From Variovorax sp. (GTDB lineage Bacteria > Pseudomonadota > Gammaproteobacteria > Burkholderiales > Burkholderiaceae_C), in NCBI GenBank assembly GCA_004211245.1, contig SEGN01000023.1:1-44988 (forward strand): a stretch of DNA of 44,988 bases. The letters run 5' to 3'. The notes under the pieces were generated by a model. It was not told the origin of the DNA and made no database searches. It saw only the letters and a program-made list of their open reading frames with translations. The position numbers were made by a program, and so were the translations under genes. Below, piece after piece: positions 9,496-19,019 of this stretch (position 1 is the stretch's first letter; each line of letters opens with the position of its first letter).

Positions 9496-10860
9496 ATGGT
9501 CGTGGCTGACACCGAATGGGGCCTCTGGGCCTTGCTGGCACTTGCGGCGCTGAACTTTCTGCTCGTCGTATGGCTGCTGGCACGCAAGCCGCCGGCCGAT
9601 CGCCATGCCGAGTTGCTCGCGGCGCTCGCTTCGGCCAACGACAGCGCGGGACGTGCGCTGCGCCAGGAAATCGGCGATTCGTCACGCGGCACGCGCCAGG
9701 AGCTGGGCCAGAATTTCGCGAGCTTCCAGGCGGCGCTGGTGCAACAGGGGGCAGAGGCGACGCGCACGCAGAACGCGCAGATCGACGCTTTCGCCCAGCA
9801 GCTCACGCTTCTTCAGAAGACACTGGCCGACACGCTCAACACGCAATTGCAGGGCCTGAGCGAATCGAACGCACGGCGCCTGGCCGAAGTGCGCGAGACC
9901 ATGGAACGCCAGCTCGCACAGCTGCAGGAGAGCAACGCCGCCAAGCTCGACGAGATGCGCAAGACCGTCGACGAGAAGCTGCAGAGCACGCTCGAGGCGC
10001 GCCTCGGCGAAAGCTTCAAGCAGGTGGCCGACCGGCTGGAGCAGGTGCACAAGGGGCTCGGCGAAATGCAGACGCTGGCGCAGGGCGTGGGCGACCTGAA
10101 GCACCTGCTGACCAACGTCAAGATGCGCGGCATCTTCGGCGAGGCACAACTCGGCGCGTTGCTGGAGCAGGTGTTCGCGGCCGAGCAGTACGCAGCCCAG
10201 GTGGCGACCCGTCCCGGCACCCGCAACACGGTCGACTTCGCGATCCGGCTGCCGGGCCGCAAGGCCGATGGCGAACCGTTGTGGCTGCCGATCGACGCGA
10301 AGTTCCCGAACGAGGACTACGAGCGCCTGCTCGATGCGCAGCAGCGCGCCGACCCGGTGGCGGCGGAACTGGCCGGCCGCGCGCTCGAAACCCGCATCTG
10401 GCTCGAGGCGCGAGCCATCGAAGAGAAGTACATCGAGCCGCCGCACACCACCGACTTCGCGATCCTGTTCCTGCCGACCGAAGGGCTCTATGCCGAAGTG
10501 CTGCGCCGCCCCGACCTGATGCAGGGCCTGCAGCGCAAGCACCGGGTCACGCTGGCGGGACCGACCACGCTGCTCGCCATCCTCAACTCGCTGCAGATGG
10601 GCTTTCGCACGCTGGCGCTCGAGAAGCGGTCCAGCGAGGTCTGGCAGGTGCTGGGTGCCGTCAAGGCCGAGTTCAGCAAGTTCGGCGACGTGCTGTCGAA
10701 GGTCAAGGCGCAGACCCAGACAGTGCTCAACACGCTCGACCAGGCGCAGACCCGCAGCAACGTCATGCACCGAGCGCTGCGGCAGGTCGAGACGCTGCCG
10801 GACGCGCAGGCTCAAACCTTGTTGCCGTCGGCTGGCGACGAGGGCGACCCGGCCCCGTGA
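9496..10860 (+). CDS. rmuC: DNA recombination protein RmuC
   Basis: N-terminal TM, coiled coil, RGIFGE, PIDAKFP, FLPTEGLY; start uncertain (9481/9496/9502). Confidence 0.9.
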   Translation: MVVADTEWGLWALLALAALNFLLVVWLLARKPPADRHAELLAALASANDSAGRALRQEIGDSSRGTRQELGQNFASFQAALVQQGAEATRTQNAQIDAFAQQLTLLQKTLADTLNTQLQGLSESNARRLAEVRETMERQLAQLQESNAAKLDEMRKTVDEKLQSTLEARLGESFKQVADRLEQVHKGLGEMQTLAQGVGDLKHLLTNVKMRGIFGEAQLGALLEQVFAAEQYAAQVATRPGTRNTVDFAIRLPGRKADGEPLWLPIDAKFPNEDYERLLDAQQRADPVAAELAGRALETRIWLEARAIEEKYIEPPHTTDFAILFLPTEGLYAEVLRRPDLMQGLQRKHRVTLAGPTTLLAILNSLQMGFRTLALEKRSSEVWQVLGAVKAEFSKFGDVLSKVKAQTQTVLNTLDQAQTRSNVMHRALRQVETLPDAQAQTLLPSAGDEGDPAP

Positions 10861-12029
10861 CGCCCGAGCTGCTGCGCCTGATCCTCGCGCAGGTGTGCCT
10901 GCATGCGGCGATGACAGGCACGCGGCTCGCGGCGCCCTTGCTGGCCCTGCAGCAGGGCTACAGCGCGGCGGCGGTGGGCGTGATGCTGTCGCTGTTCGCG
11001 CTCACCCAGGTGTTCCTGGCGTTGCCGGCGGGTCGCTTCGCCGATCGTCATGGTCTGAAGTTGCCGCTTTCGATCGCGGTCGGCGCGGCCACGGCAGGGG
11101 CCGCGATGGCGGCGGCGTTTCCGGTGTTCCCGGTGCTGTGTCTGGCGGCGCTGCTGACCGGCGGCGCGACCGGCATCACGGTCATCGCGCTGCAGCGCCA
11201 TGTGGGCCGCGCAGCCGCCCATCCGACCCAGCTCAAGCAGGTGTTCAGCTGGCTGGCGATTTCGCCGGCCGCTGCCAACTTCGTCGGGCCGTTCGCCGCA
11301 GGTCTGTTGATCGACCACGCCGGCGCCACGCCTGGCGCGCTGGCGGGCTACCGGATGGCTTTCGGGTTGGCGGCGCTGCTGCCGCTGGTCTGCTGGTTGC
11401 TGGCGCGCGGCACCCGCGAGTTGCCGATGACGCCGCCGCCGCCCGGTGCGCCGAAGCCGCGTGCCACGGACCTGCTCGGTCAACCGATGTTCCGGCGGCT
11501 GCTGTTCGTCAACTGGCTGCAGTCGGCTTCGTGGGATGTGCACACCTTCGTGCTGCCGATCCTCGGCCACGAGCGCGGCTTGAGTGCATCGGTCATCGGT
11601 TCGCTGCTCGGGGCCTTCGCGGTGGCGGCGGCCGGCATCCGCGTGGTGCTTCCGATGATCGCGTCGCGCGTCAGCGAGCGCATGGTGATCACGGTGTCGA
11701 ACGTGATCACGGCAGGCGTCTTCGCGATCTACCCCTTCATGGCATCGGCGCTCGGCATGGGCGCCTGTTCGGTGATGCTCGGCATTGCGCTCGGTGCGGT
11801 GCAGCCGATGGTGATGAGCATGCTGCACCAGATCACGCCGCACGCGCGGCACGGCGAGGCGCTGGGCCTGCGTGTCATGACGCTCAATGCCTCGAGCGTC
11901 GCGATGCCCATGCTGTTCGGCGCCGCCGGCGCGGTGATCGGCGTGGCGGGGGTCTTCTGGCTGGTGGGCGGCGTGGTGGCGGCCGGCACCCGGGCCGTGT
12001 GGGGGCTGCGGGTCGATCCACCCCGCTGA
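10857..12029 (+). CDS. MFS transporter
   Basis: GRFADRHG motif A, about 12 hydrophobic segments; GTGA overlap with the rmuC stop. Confidence 0.85.
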   Translation: MTPELLRLILAQVCLHAAMTGTRLAAPLLALQQGYSAAAVGVMLSLFALTQVFLALPAGRFADRHGLKLPLSIAVGAATAGAAMAAAFPVFPVLCLAALLTGGATGITVIALQRHVGRAAAHPTQLKQVFSWLAISPAAANFVGPFAAGLLIDHAGATPGALAGYRMAFGLAALLPLVCWLLARGTRELPMTPPPPGAPKPRATDLLGQPMFRRLLFVNWLQSASWDVHTFVLPILGHERGLSASVIGSLLGAFAVAAAGIRVVLPMIASRVSERMVITVSNVITAGVFAIYPFMASALGMGACSVMLGIALGAVQPMVMSMLHQITPHARHGEALGLRVMTLNASSVAMPMLFGAAGAVIGVAGVFWLVGGVVAAGTRAVWGLRVDPPR

Positions 12030-12050
12030 GGGCGGTCGGCCGCGCGGGCG

Positions 12051-12932
12051 TCAGTCCAGCGTTGCGAGATAGGCGGCGATGTCGCGCGCATCGCGTTCGC
12101 TCACGCCCATGTCGGGCATCGCGGTCAGCGGGTCGACCTCGCGCGTATGGCGCAGCCAGCGCACCATGTTCTCGGGGGTGTTGGCGAGCTTGCCGCCGAT
12201 CAGGCTGCGCCGGGCCATGCCGTCCAGCGGCGGGCCGACATGGGGCGTGGAGCCTGTCACGCCCGGAATGGTGTGACAGGCGTTGCAGGCGTACTGGTAG
12301 AGCGCGCGCTTGCCGCGCTGCAGATCGGCCGGTTGCGAGGGCGCGGCCTGCAGTCGCCCGCAGGACGCTGCGCCCGGCGCGACCGGCGCACTGCCGCCCG
12401 GCACCACCCGCACCTCGGTGATTGCGGCGTACTGCTGCGGGGTCAGGTCGGGCAGCCGTGCGAGAAATGCGACCGTCGCCCAGAGATCCTCGTCGCTCAG
12501 ATGGAATTCCCAGGCCGGCATGCCGCTCATCTTGATGCCGTGGCGCGTGAGCCAGTACAGCTCGCGTGGTCGCCAGCGCTGCCCCGCATCGACGAGCGGC
12601 CCCGGCACGGGCTGCATGCTCTTGCCGATGTCCGACTGCGCGACGCCCGGGGCGCCATGGCACTGGACGCACTTGTCGCGGAAGCAGGCGGCGCCGTGTT
12701 GCACCATGCGCTCATCGTCCAGCCTGGGCGTCTCGATGCTGCGCGCCCGCAGCCGCACCGACTGGCGCATTGCCGTCTCGAGCACGGAGTAGACGACCTG
12801 CGTGTGTTGCTCGGTGGAGGCGACGTTGTAGAGACCCCCGTACACCATTGCTGCGGCCACGCCGCCGGCCGCCAGCGCGAGCGCCGCGATCGTGAGCAGG
12901 AAGGTCTTGGCGGTGCCCATATCTGGCGTCAT
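12051..12932 (-). CDS. Di-heme c-type cytochrome
   Basis: N-terminal hydrophobic anchor; two CxxCH motifs (CVQCH, CNACH); GIKMSGMPAW and MPDMG axial Met motifs; start 12932 or 12920. Confidence 0.85.
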   Translation of the reverse strand: MTPDMGTAKTFLLTIAALALAAGGVAAAMVYGGLYNVASTEQHTQVVYSVLETAMRQSVRLRARSIETPRLDDERMVQHGAACFRDKCVQCHGAPGVAQSDIGKSMQPVPGPLVDAGQRWRPRELYWLTRHGIKMSGMPAWEFHLSDEDLWATVAFLARLPDLTPQQYAAITEVRVVPGGSAPVAPGAASCGRLQAAPSQPADLQRGKRALYQYACNACHTIPGVTGSTPHVGPPLDGMARRSLIGGKLANTPENMVRWLRHTREVDPLTAMPDMGVSERDARDIAAYLATLD

Positions 12933-12977
12933 TGTCCGACGCGACGGAGCGCTTCCCTGTCGGCGCAGGACGCGTTC

Positions 12978-13022
12978 GACGATGCGCGCGCCATGGCGGG
13001 CTACCTGCTCTCGCTCGAATGA
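12978..13022 (+). pseudogene. Remnant C-terminus of a class I cytochrome c (DDARAMAGYLLSLE*)
   Basis: Resembles the C-terminus of the neighbouring cytochrome (DARDIAAYLATLD*); its stop overlaps the coxB ATG (ATGA); no room for the rest of the gene. Confidence 0.5.
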
Positions 13023-13948
13023 ACGACGCGCCCGCCTCGCAGTCGGCCCTGCATGCCGCCGGCCCGGTCGCCGAGACGCTGGTGGGCGTCGGCGGGGTGC
13101 TGGTCCTGGGCGCGGGTGCGATCTTCCTGGGCGTGATGCTGCTGCTGTGGCGGGCCTCGCGCCGCGCACCCGGCACCGTCGACGTGCGCCGCTGGGTGAT
13201 CGGCGGTGGCGTCGTCTTCCCGGTCGTGGTGCTGACTGCGCTTTTCGCGTACAGCGAGTGGCACCGGCCGCCGTGGCGTGTCGCGCCGCCGAAGGACGCG
13301 CTGATCGTCGGCGTCACCGCCCACATGTGGTGGTGGGAGGTTCGCTACCGCGACCCCGCCACCGGTGCCGAGATCGTGACGGCCAACGAGATTCGCATCC
13401 CGGCAGGGCGCCCGGTGTACTTCGGCCTGGGCAGCGCCGACGTGATCCACAGCTTCTGGGTGCCGCCGCTCGGCGGCAAGATGGACGCGATTCCCGGCCG
13501 CGTGCAGCATCTGCAATTGCAGGCCGACCGTCCGGGCGTATGGCGTGGCCAGTGCGCCGAATACTGCGGCGCGCAGCATGCGCGAATGGCGCTGCACGTG
13601 GTGGCGCAGACGCCGGCCGAGTTCGATGCATGGCTCGCCGCACAGGCCCGGCCGGCCGCGGGGTCGGCGCTCGACCGCGGGCGCGAGGCGTTCCTGGCCA
13701 ACCGTTGCAACGCCTGCCATACCGTGCGCGGCGTGAGCGCCGAGAGCCGGCTCGGCCCGGACCTCACCCACGTCGGCAGCCGCCTGTATCTGGGCGCCGG
13801 CACGGTGCCCAACGATGCGGCGCAACGACTGGCGTGGGTCGCTCACACGCAGCAGCTCAAGCCCGGCGCGCGCATGCCGTCGTCGCACGGAAGGATCGAG
13901 CCGGCCGCGCTGCAGGCCATCGCGAACTGGTTGGGAGAACTGCAATGA
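13019..13948 (+). CDS. coxB: Cytochrome c oxidase subunit II with C-terminal cytochrome c domain (caa3-type)
   Basis: HMWWW, DVIHSFW, CuA motif CAEYCGAQHARM, C-terminal CNACH. Confidence 0.92.
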   Translation: MNDAPASQSALHAAGPVAETLVGVGGVLVLGAGAIFLGVMLLLWRASRRAPGTVDVRRWVIGGGVVFPVVVLTALFAYSEWHRPPWRVAPPKDALIVGVTAHMWWWEVRYRDPATGAEIVTANEIRIPAGRPVYFGLGSADVIHSFWVPPLGGKMDAIPGRVQHLQLQADRPGVWRGQCAEYCGAQHARMALHVVAQTPAEFDAWLAAQARPAAGSALDRGREAFLANRCNACHTVRGVSAESRLGPDLTHVGSRLYLGAGTVPNDAAQRLAWVAHTQQLKPGARMPSSHGRIEPAALQAIANWLGELQ

Positions 13949-16461
13949 CACTGCCCTGTGGCCTGCCCCGACCCGAGGGCGAACGCGAGGCGCTCGAGCG
14001 TGCCTGGCGGGCACCGAAGGGGTGGCGGTTGCTCTCGGCCGTCAACAACACCCACATCGGCGTGTTCTACATCGTCACGGCGATGGTGTTCTTCGTGCTG
14101 GCCGGCATCCTGGGCCTGGTGATCCGCGCCCAGCTCGCGGTGCCCGACAACGGCCTGGTCGATGCGAAGACCTACAACCAGCTCTTCACCATGCACGGCA
14201 CGGTGATGATGTTCCTGTTCGCGGTCCCGATCGTCGAGGCGATCGCGGTGTACCTCCTGCCCGGCATGCTCGGCGCGCGCGACCTGCCGTTCCCGCGCCT
14301 GTCGGCCTATGCGTTCTGGGCCTACGCGATCGGTGGGCTGGCATTTTTCTGCACCCTGTTCTTCGGGCAATCGCCCGACGGCGGATGGTTCATGTACCCG
14401 CCGCTCACCGGCAAGGAGTTCTCGCCGGGGCGCGGCGCCGACTGGTGGCTGCTGGGCATCGGCTTCATCGAGATCTCTGCCATCGCGGGCGCGATCGAGC
14501 TGATCATCGGCATCCTGTTCACGCGAGCGCCCGGCATGACGCTGGCCAAAATGCCGGTGTTCGCCTGGGCCATGCTCGTGAGCGCGCTGATGATCGTGTT
14601 CGCGTTTCCGGCCATCATCGCGGCGACCACGCTGCTCGAACTCGAACGCGCGTTCGACTGGCCCTTTTTCATTCCCGCACGCGGCGGCGACCCGCTGCTG
14701 TGGCAGCACCTCTTCTGGTTCTTCGGCCATCCGGAGGTGTACATCATCTTCCTGCCTGCGGCCGGCATGGTGTCGATGATGGTGCCCACGCTGGCCGCCA
14801 CGCCGCTGGTTGCGTACCGCGGCGTTGTCGCGGCGCTGGTCGGCGTCGGGTTGGTGAGCTTCGCGCTGTGGGCGCACCACATGTTCACGGCCGGGCTCGG
14901 TGCGGTGTCGATGCTGGTGGTGTCCGCCGCGAGCTTCATCGTGGCGATCCCGAGCGGCATCCAGGTGTTCGCCTGGATCGCGACGTTCTGGCGCGGCCGG
15001 GTCACGCTGAACACGCCGACACTCTTCCTGCTGGGCTTTCACTTCATCTTCGTGCTGGGCGGGCTCACCGGCGTGATGGTGGCGGTGTTGCCGTTCGACT
15101 GGCAGGCGCACGACAGTTATTTCATCGTGGCCCATCTGCACTACGTGCTGATCGGCGGCATGGTGTTCCCGGTGTTCGCCGGCTTCTATTACTGGGCACC
15201 GGTGTTCAACGGCCATCGGCTGTCGGAACGCTGGGGCCGCTGGGCGTTCGGCCTGATGTTCGGCGGGTTCAACCTGGCGTTCTTTCCGATGCACATCACC
15301 GGCCTGCTCGGCATGCCGCGGCGTGTCTACACCTACCCGGCCGACCTGGGATGGAATGCGCTCAACCTGCTCTCGACCGTCGGTGCGTTCGCGTTCGCCC
15401 TGGGGGTGCTGCTGTTCCTCGTCGATGCCGCGCGCACGTTGCGCCGACCCGCGCAGGATCACGGCAACCCGTGGAACGCCGGCACGCTCGAATGGCTGCC
15501 GCCGCGGGACTACGGCGTGCGCAGCATTCCGCAGGTGTCATCGCACGAGCCGCTGTGGCACCGGCCATCGTTGCCGCAGGAGGTCGAGGCCGGACGCCAC
15601 TGGCTGCCGGGCACCGTGTTCGGCGGCCGCGAGACGCTGGTGACGCACTGGCGCGACGCGCGTCCATTGCACCTGCTGCGCCTGCCCGGCGACGGCTGGT
15701 GGCCGTTCGTCGCCGCAGCAGGCACCGCCGGCTTCTTTCTGCTGCTGACAGTCGAACAGGTGGTGCTCGCCTTCGGTTGCGGATTGCTGGCGCTCGTCGG
15801 CATTGTGTGCTGGCTCTGGGAATCGGACACCGTGCCGCCGGCCGCGACGGTCGAAGTGGCCGACGGCGTGCGTCTGCCGGTCGGCGCGATCGGGCGAGCG
15901 TCGCATTCATGGTGGGCGATGATCATCCTGATCGCGGTGGACATGACCGTGTATGCGTCCTTCCTGTTCTCGCACCTGCACGTCTCGATGGCTGCCGATG
16001 TCTGCCCGCCGCCCGGTGCGGCGCTGCCGGCCGCGCGCTGGGCCTGGGCGTCCGGCGCGCTGTGGGTGGCCGGATCTCTGTCGATGCTGGCCGCCGGTCG
16101 TGCGTTGCGGCGGGCTGCAGATCCGCGGCGCCAGCGCGGCGTGCGTGCACTGGTGGCGTTTGCGATGCTGTGCAGCGCCGGCGCGATCGCGCTCGACGTG
16201 GGCGGGCATTGGCGCGCCGGGCTCGACCCGACCGCGCAGGCCTGGAGCGCGACGGTCGGCGTGCTGCTCGGCTACCAGGTGTTCCACGGCGCCGTGCTGG
16301 CGATCATGGGCGCGTATGTGCTGGCGCGCTCCTGGAGCGGTCGGCTCGCGCCGCAGGCCCGCGCCACGCTCGACAACAGCGGGCTGATGTGGCACTGCGC
16401 GGCCGTGCAGGCGCTCATCGCGATCGCCACCGTGCAGCTGCTGCCGCGGTGGCTGGGTTGA
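13945..16461 (+). CDS. coxA: Cytochrome c oxidase subunit I fused to a subunit III-like domain
   Basis: MHGTVMMF, GHPEVYI (A1 type), WAHHMF, AHLHYV; C-terminal extension with FHGAV...MWH resembling subunit III. Confidence 0.92.
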   Translation: MTLPCGLPRPEGEREALERAWRAPKGWRLLSAVNNTHIGVFYIVTAMVFFVLAGILGLVIRAQLAVPDNGLVDAKTYNQLFTMHGTVMMFLFAVPIVEAIAVYLLPGMLGARDLPFPRLSAYAFWAYAIGGLAFFCTLFFGQSPDGGWFMYPPLTGKEFSPGRGADWWLLGIGFIEISAIAGAIELIIGILFTRAPGMTLAKMPVFAWAMLVSALMIVFAFPAIIAATTLLELERAFDWPFFIPARGGDPLLWQHLFWFFGHPEVYIIFLPAAGMVSMMVPTLAATPLVAYRGVVAALVGVGLVSFALWAHHMFTAGLGAVSMLVVSAASFIVAIPSGIQVFAWIATFWRGRVTLNTPTLFLLGFHFIFVLGGLTGVMVAVLPFDWQAHDSYFIVAHLHYVLIGGMVFPVFAGFYYWAPVFNGHRLSERWGRWAFGLMFGGFNLAFFPMHITGLLGMPRRVYTYPADLGWNALNLLSTVGAFAFALGVLLFLVDAARTLRRPAQDHGNPWNAGTLEWLPPRDYGVRSIPQVSSHEPLWHRPSLPQEVEAGRHWLPGTVFGGRETLVTHWRDARPLHLLRLPGDGWWPFVAAAGTAGFFLLLTVEQVVLAFGCGLLALVGIVCWLWESDTVPPAATVEVADGVRLPVGAIGRASHSWWAMIILIAVDMTVYASFLFSHLHVSMAADVCPPPGAALPAARWAWASGALWVAGSLSMLAAGRALRRAADPRRQRGVRALVAFAMLCSAGAIALDVGGHWRAGLDPTAQAWSATVGVLLGYQVFHGAVLAIMGAYVLARSWSGRLAPQARATLDNSGLMWHCAAVQALIAIATVQLLPRWLG

Positions 16462-16464
16462 TCG

Positions 16465-17334
16465 TCAGAGCTTGTAGAAACGCTTGATGGCGTCCCAGGC
16501 GTCGGCCGGTGCGTCGACGTACTCGAACAGGTTCACGTCGTTCGGCGAGATCACGCCTTCGTCGACCAGGAAATCGAAGTCCAGCAGCTTCTTCCAGTAT
16601 TCGGTGCCGAACAGGACGATCGGCACCGGCTTGGATTTCTTCGTCTGCACCAGCGTGATGACTTCGAACAGTTCGTCGAGCGTGCCGAACCCGCCCGGGA
16701 ACGCCACCAGCGCCTTGGCGCGCATCATGAAATGCATCTTGCGAATCGCGAAGTAGTGGAACTTGAAGCTCAGCGCCGGCGTGACGTAGGGATTGGCTTC
16801 TTCCTCCATCGGCAATGCGATGGCCAGGCCGATGTTGAGGCCGCCACCTTCAAACGAGCCCCGGTTGGCCGCCTGCATGATGCCGGGGCCGCCGCCGGTA
16901 CAGATGAAGAGCTGATCCTCGGGCTCCTTTTCCTTGCTGTATTCGGCCACCATCTTGCCGAAGGCGCGCGCTTCCTCGTAGTAGTGCGAGCCGCGCGCCA
17001 GGCGCCTGAAGCGCTCCGTGGCCACCGCGTCGCCGGCGAGTTCGGCCCGTGCAATGAGCGCGTCGGACTCTTCCTTGCTGCGGAAGCGCGCGCTGCCGAA
17101 CACCACCACGGTGTTCTCGATGCCATGGGCGCGCATCTCGATGTCCGGCTTCATGAGTTCCAGCTGCATGCGCAGGCCCCGCGTTTCGCGCCGCAGCAGG
17201 AATTCGGGGTCGGCGAAGGCGAGGCGGGACGGATCGGGATCGAGCGGCAGCCCTCTGTCGGAATGTGCCTGCAGCGTGGCCCAGGCATCGGCCAGGCGTT
17301 TGTCGTGGAGGTCGTGCGTCTTGTTCTGGCTCAT
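16465..17334 (-). CDS. LOG family (TIGR00730) Rossmann-fold protein
   Basis: VFGSAR, TGGGPGIM, PGGFGTLDELFE. Confidence 0.9.
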   Translation of the reverse strand: MSQNKTHDLHDKRLADAWATLQAHSDRGLPLDPDPSRLAFADPEFLLRRETRGLRMQLELMKPDIEMRAHGIENTVVVFGSARFRSKEESDALIARAELAGDAVATERFRRLARGSHYYEEARAFGKMVAEYSKEKEPEDQLFICTGGGPGIMQAANRGSFEGGGLNIGLAIALPMEEEANPYVTPALSFKFHYFAIRKMHFMMRAKALVAFPGGFGTLDELFEVITLVQTKKSKPVPIVLFGTEYWKKLLDFDFLVDEGVISPNDVNLFEYVDAPADAWDAIKRFYKL

Positions 17335-17412
17335 TCGGGCGGGGTACCGGCGTCGTTGGATGGATGGGGTGATTGTGCGCGCAGCAAGCCTCGGGCCACG
17401 GCGCGGCGGCGG

Positions 17413-18201
17413 TCAGAACTGGCCGTGGCGCCCTGCACCCTGGACGAAGCGCGCCGCGCCGGCGGCCCCTTCCGCCTCGACGATCGGCACGCCATGCCGG
17501 CCCTCGGCGCGCAGAGCCTCGGCCAGCGGCAGGCTCCACTGCCCGTATGCCGAGGCGCGGTCGGCCAGCATGCATTGCTGCGGGAACGCGGCGAGCTCGC
17601 GCGCCAGCTGCTCGGCCACGGCGCGCGACCGGCCACGCGGTACCACGCGGTTGACCAGGCCCATGGCCAGCGCCTCCTCGGCGGCGACGGGCCGACCCGT
17701 GAGGATCAGGTCGAGCGCACGCCCCATGCCCACGACGCGCGGCAGTCGCACCGTGCCGCCGTCGATCAGCGGCACGCCCCAACGGCGGCAGAACACACCG
17801 AGCACGGCGTCGGCTTCGGCGACGCGCAGGTCGGCCAGCAGCGCCAGCTCCAGCCCGCCGGCCACCGCGTGGCCCGCCATGGCCGCGATCAGGGGCTTCT
17901 TCAGGGCCATGCGGGTCGGGCCCATCGGGCCGGTGCCGCCGCCTTCGGGATCGAGTTCATGGCGCCGGGCCGGGTCGTTCACCGCGCCCAGGTCGGCGCC
18001 TGCACAGAAGCTGCCGTGCTCGCCCCACAGCACGGCCACGCGCTGGCCGTCGTCGGCCTCGAAGCGCTCGAAGGCCTCGCGCAGCAGCGCGGCCGTGGGA
18101 CCGTCGACGGCGTTGCGGCAGTGCGGCCGGCTCAGGACGATGGTGGTGACGGGGCCATCGGTTTCGGTGCGGACGGCGGGCAGGGCGGAGTCGACGTGCA
18201 T
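17413..18201 (-). CDS. Crotonase/enoyl-CoA hydratase family protein
   Basis: FCAGADL, AVAGGLELAL, GVPLIDGGTVRL. Confidence 0.9.
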   Translation of the reverse strand: MHVDSALPAVRTETDGPVTTIVLSRPHCRNAVDGPTAALLREAFERFEADDGQRVAVLWGEHGSFCAGADLGAVNDPARRHELDPEGGGTGPMGPTRMALKKPLIAAMAGHAVAGGLELALLADLRVAEADAVLGVFCRRWGVPLIDGGTVRLPRVVGMGRALDLILTGRPVAAEEALAMGLVNRVVPRGRSRAVAEQLARELAAFPQQCMLADRASAYGQWSLPLAEALRAEGRHGVPIVEAEGAAGAARFVQGAGRHGQF

Positions 18202-18273
18202 CGCATCAGCTTACGCGCCTGCCAGCCGCCCGGGCATCCGGTTCAGTCCGCCGGCCCATGCGCCGGCCCATGG

Positions 18274-18297
18274 AAAAGGGCTCCCGAAGGAGCCCTT
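18274..18297 (-). terminator. Terminator downstream of efp
   Basis: AAGGGCTCC-CGAA-GGAGCCCTT hairpin with a short T-tract on the minus strand. Confidence 0.65.
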
Positions 18298-18324
18298 GGC
18301 TGGAAACGGTGCACCGCGAAACGC

Positions 18325-18879
18325 TCAGACGCGCTTGCGGTACTCGCCGGTGCGCGTGTCGATTTCGATCTTGTCGCCCTGCGCCACGAAAAGCGGCACG
18401 GGCACTTCGAAACCGGTCGAGATCTTGGCCGGCTTCAGCACCTTGCCGGAGGTGTCGCCCTTGACGGCCGGCTCGGTCCAGGTGATTTCGCGCTCCACGC
18501 TGGTCGGCAGCTCTACCGAGATGGCCTTCTCTTCGTAGAACACCACTTCGAGCGTCATGCCGTCCTCGAGGTAGTTGAGCGCGTCGCCCATGTTCTCGGC
18601 TTCGACTTCGTACTGGTTGAATTCCTCGTCCATGCAGACGTACAGCGGATCGGCGAAGTAGGAGTAGGTGCATTCCTTCTTGTCGAGCACGATCTGGTCG
18701 ATCTTGTCGTCTGCCTTGAACACCTGCTCGGTGTTGAAGTTGGCCACGAGGCTCTTGAGCTTCATGCGCACGGTGGCGGAGTTGCGGCCGCCGCGGCTGT
18801 ACTCGGTCTTGAGCACGACCATCGGGTCCTTGCCGTGCATGATGACGTTGCCGGCGCGGATTTCTTGAGCGATTTTCAT
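18325..18879 (-). CDS. efp: Elongation factor P (Arg32, EarP-rhamnosylated type)
   Basis: [11 protein letters not shown]...[14 protein letters not shown] loop with Arg at the modified position; EPAVKGDT; DTRTGEY. Confidence 0.97.
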   Translation of the reverse strand: MKIAQEIRAGNVIMHGKDPMVVLKTEYSRGGRNSATVRMKLKSLVANFNTEQVFKADDKIDQIVLDKKECTYSYFADPLYVCMDEEFNQYEVEAENMGDALNYLEDGMTLEVVFYEEKAISVELPTSVEREITWTEPAVKGDTSGKVLKPAKISTGFEVPVPLFVAQGDKIEIDTRTGEYRKRV

Positions 18880-19019
18880 ATCAGGGTCTCTGGGTGTTGG
18901 GCCGCTCGCTGCGTCAGAAGGCCTCCTGGCCTGATGCTGCATGTTCCCGCGGCGGGTTCAGCGGAAGGCCGGTGGGGCTCACTTGAAACCCGGGCCTGAA
19001 ATCCGCAAAGCCAGCGATT

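Noticed and set aside
8695-12029. 721-aa and 837-aa ORFs
   Set aside because: These are upstream off-frame extensions of rmuC and the MFS gene.
12892-16461. 1189-aa ORF suggesting a giant oxidase fusion
   Set aside because: The first 351 codons are an off-frame read of coxB; subunit I starts at 13945.
18249-18272. Tandem 12-bp duplication CGCCGGCCCATG x2
   Set aside because: Only two adjacent copies with no element between them; most likely slippage, with no support for a function or a target-site duplication.
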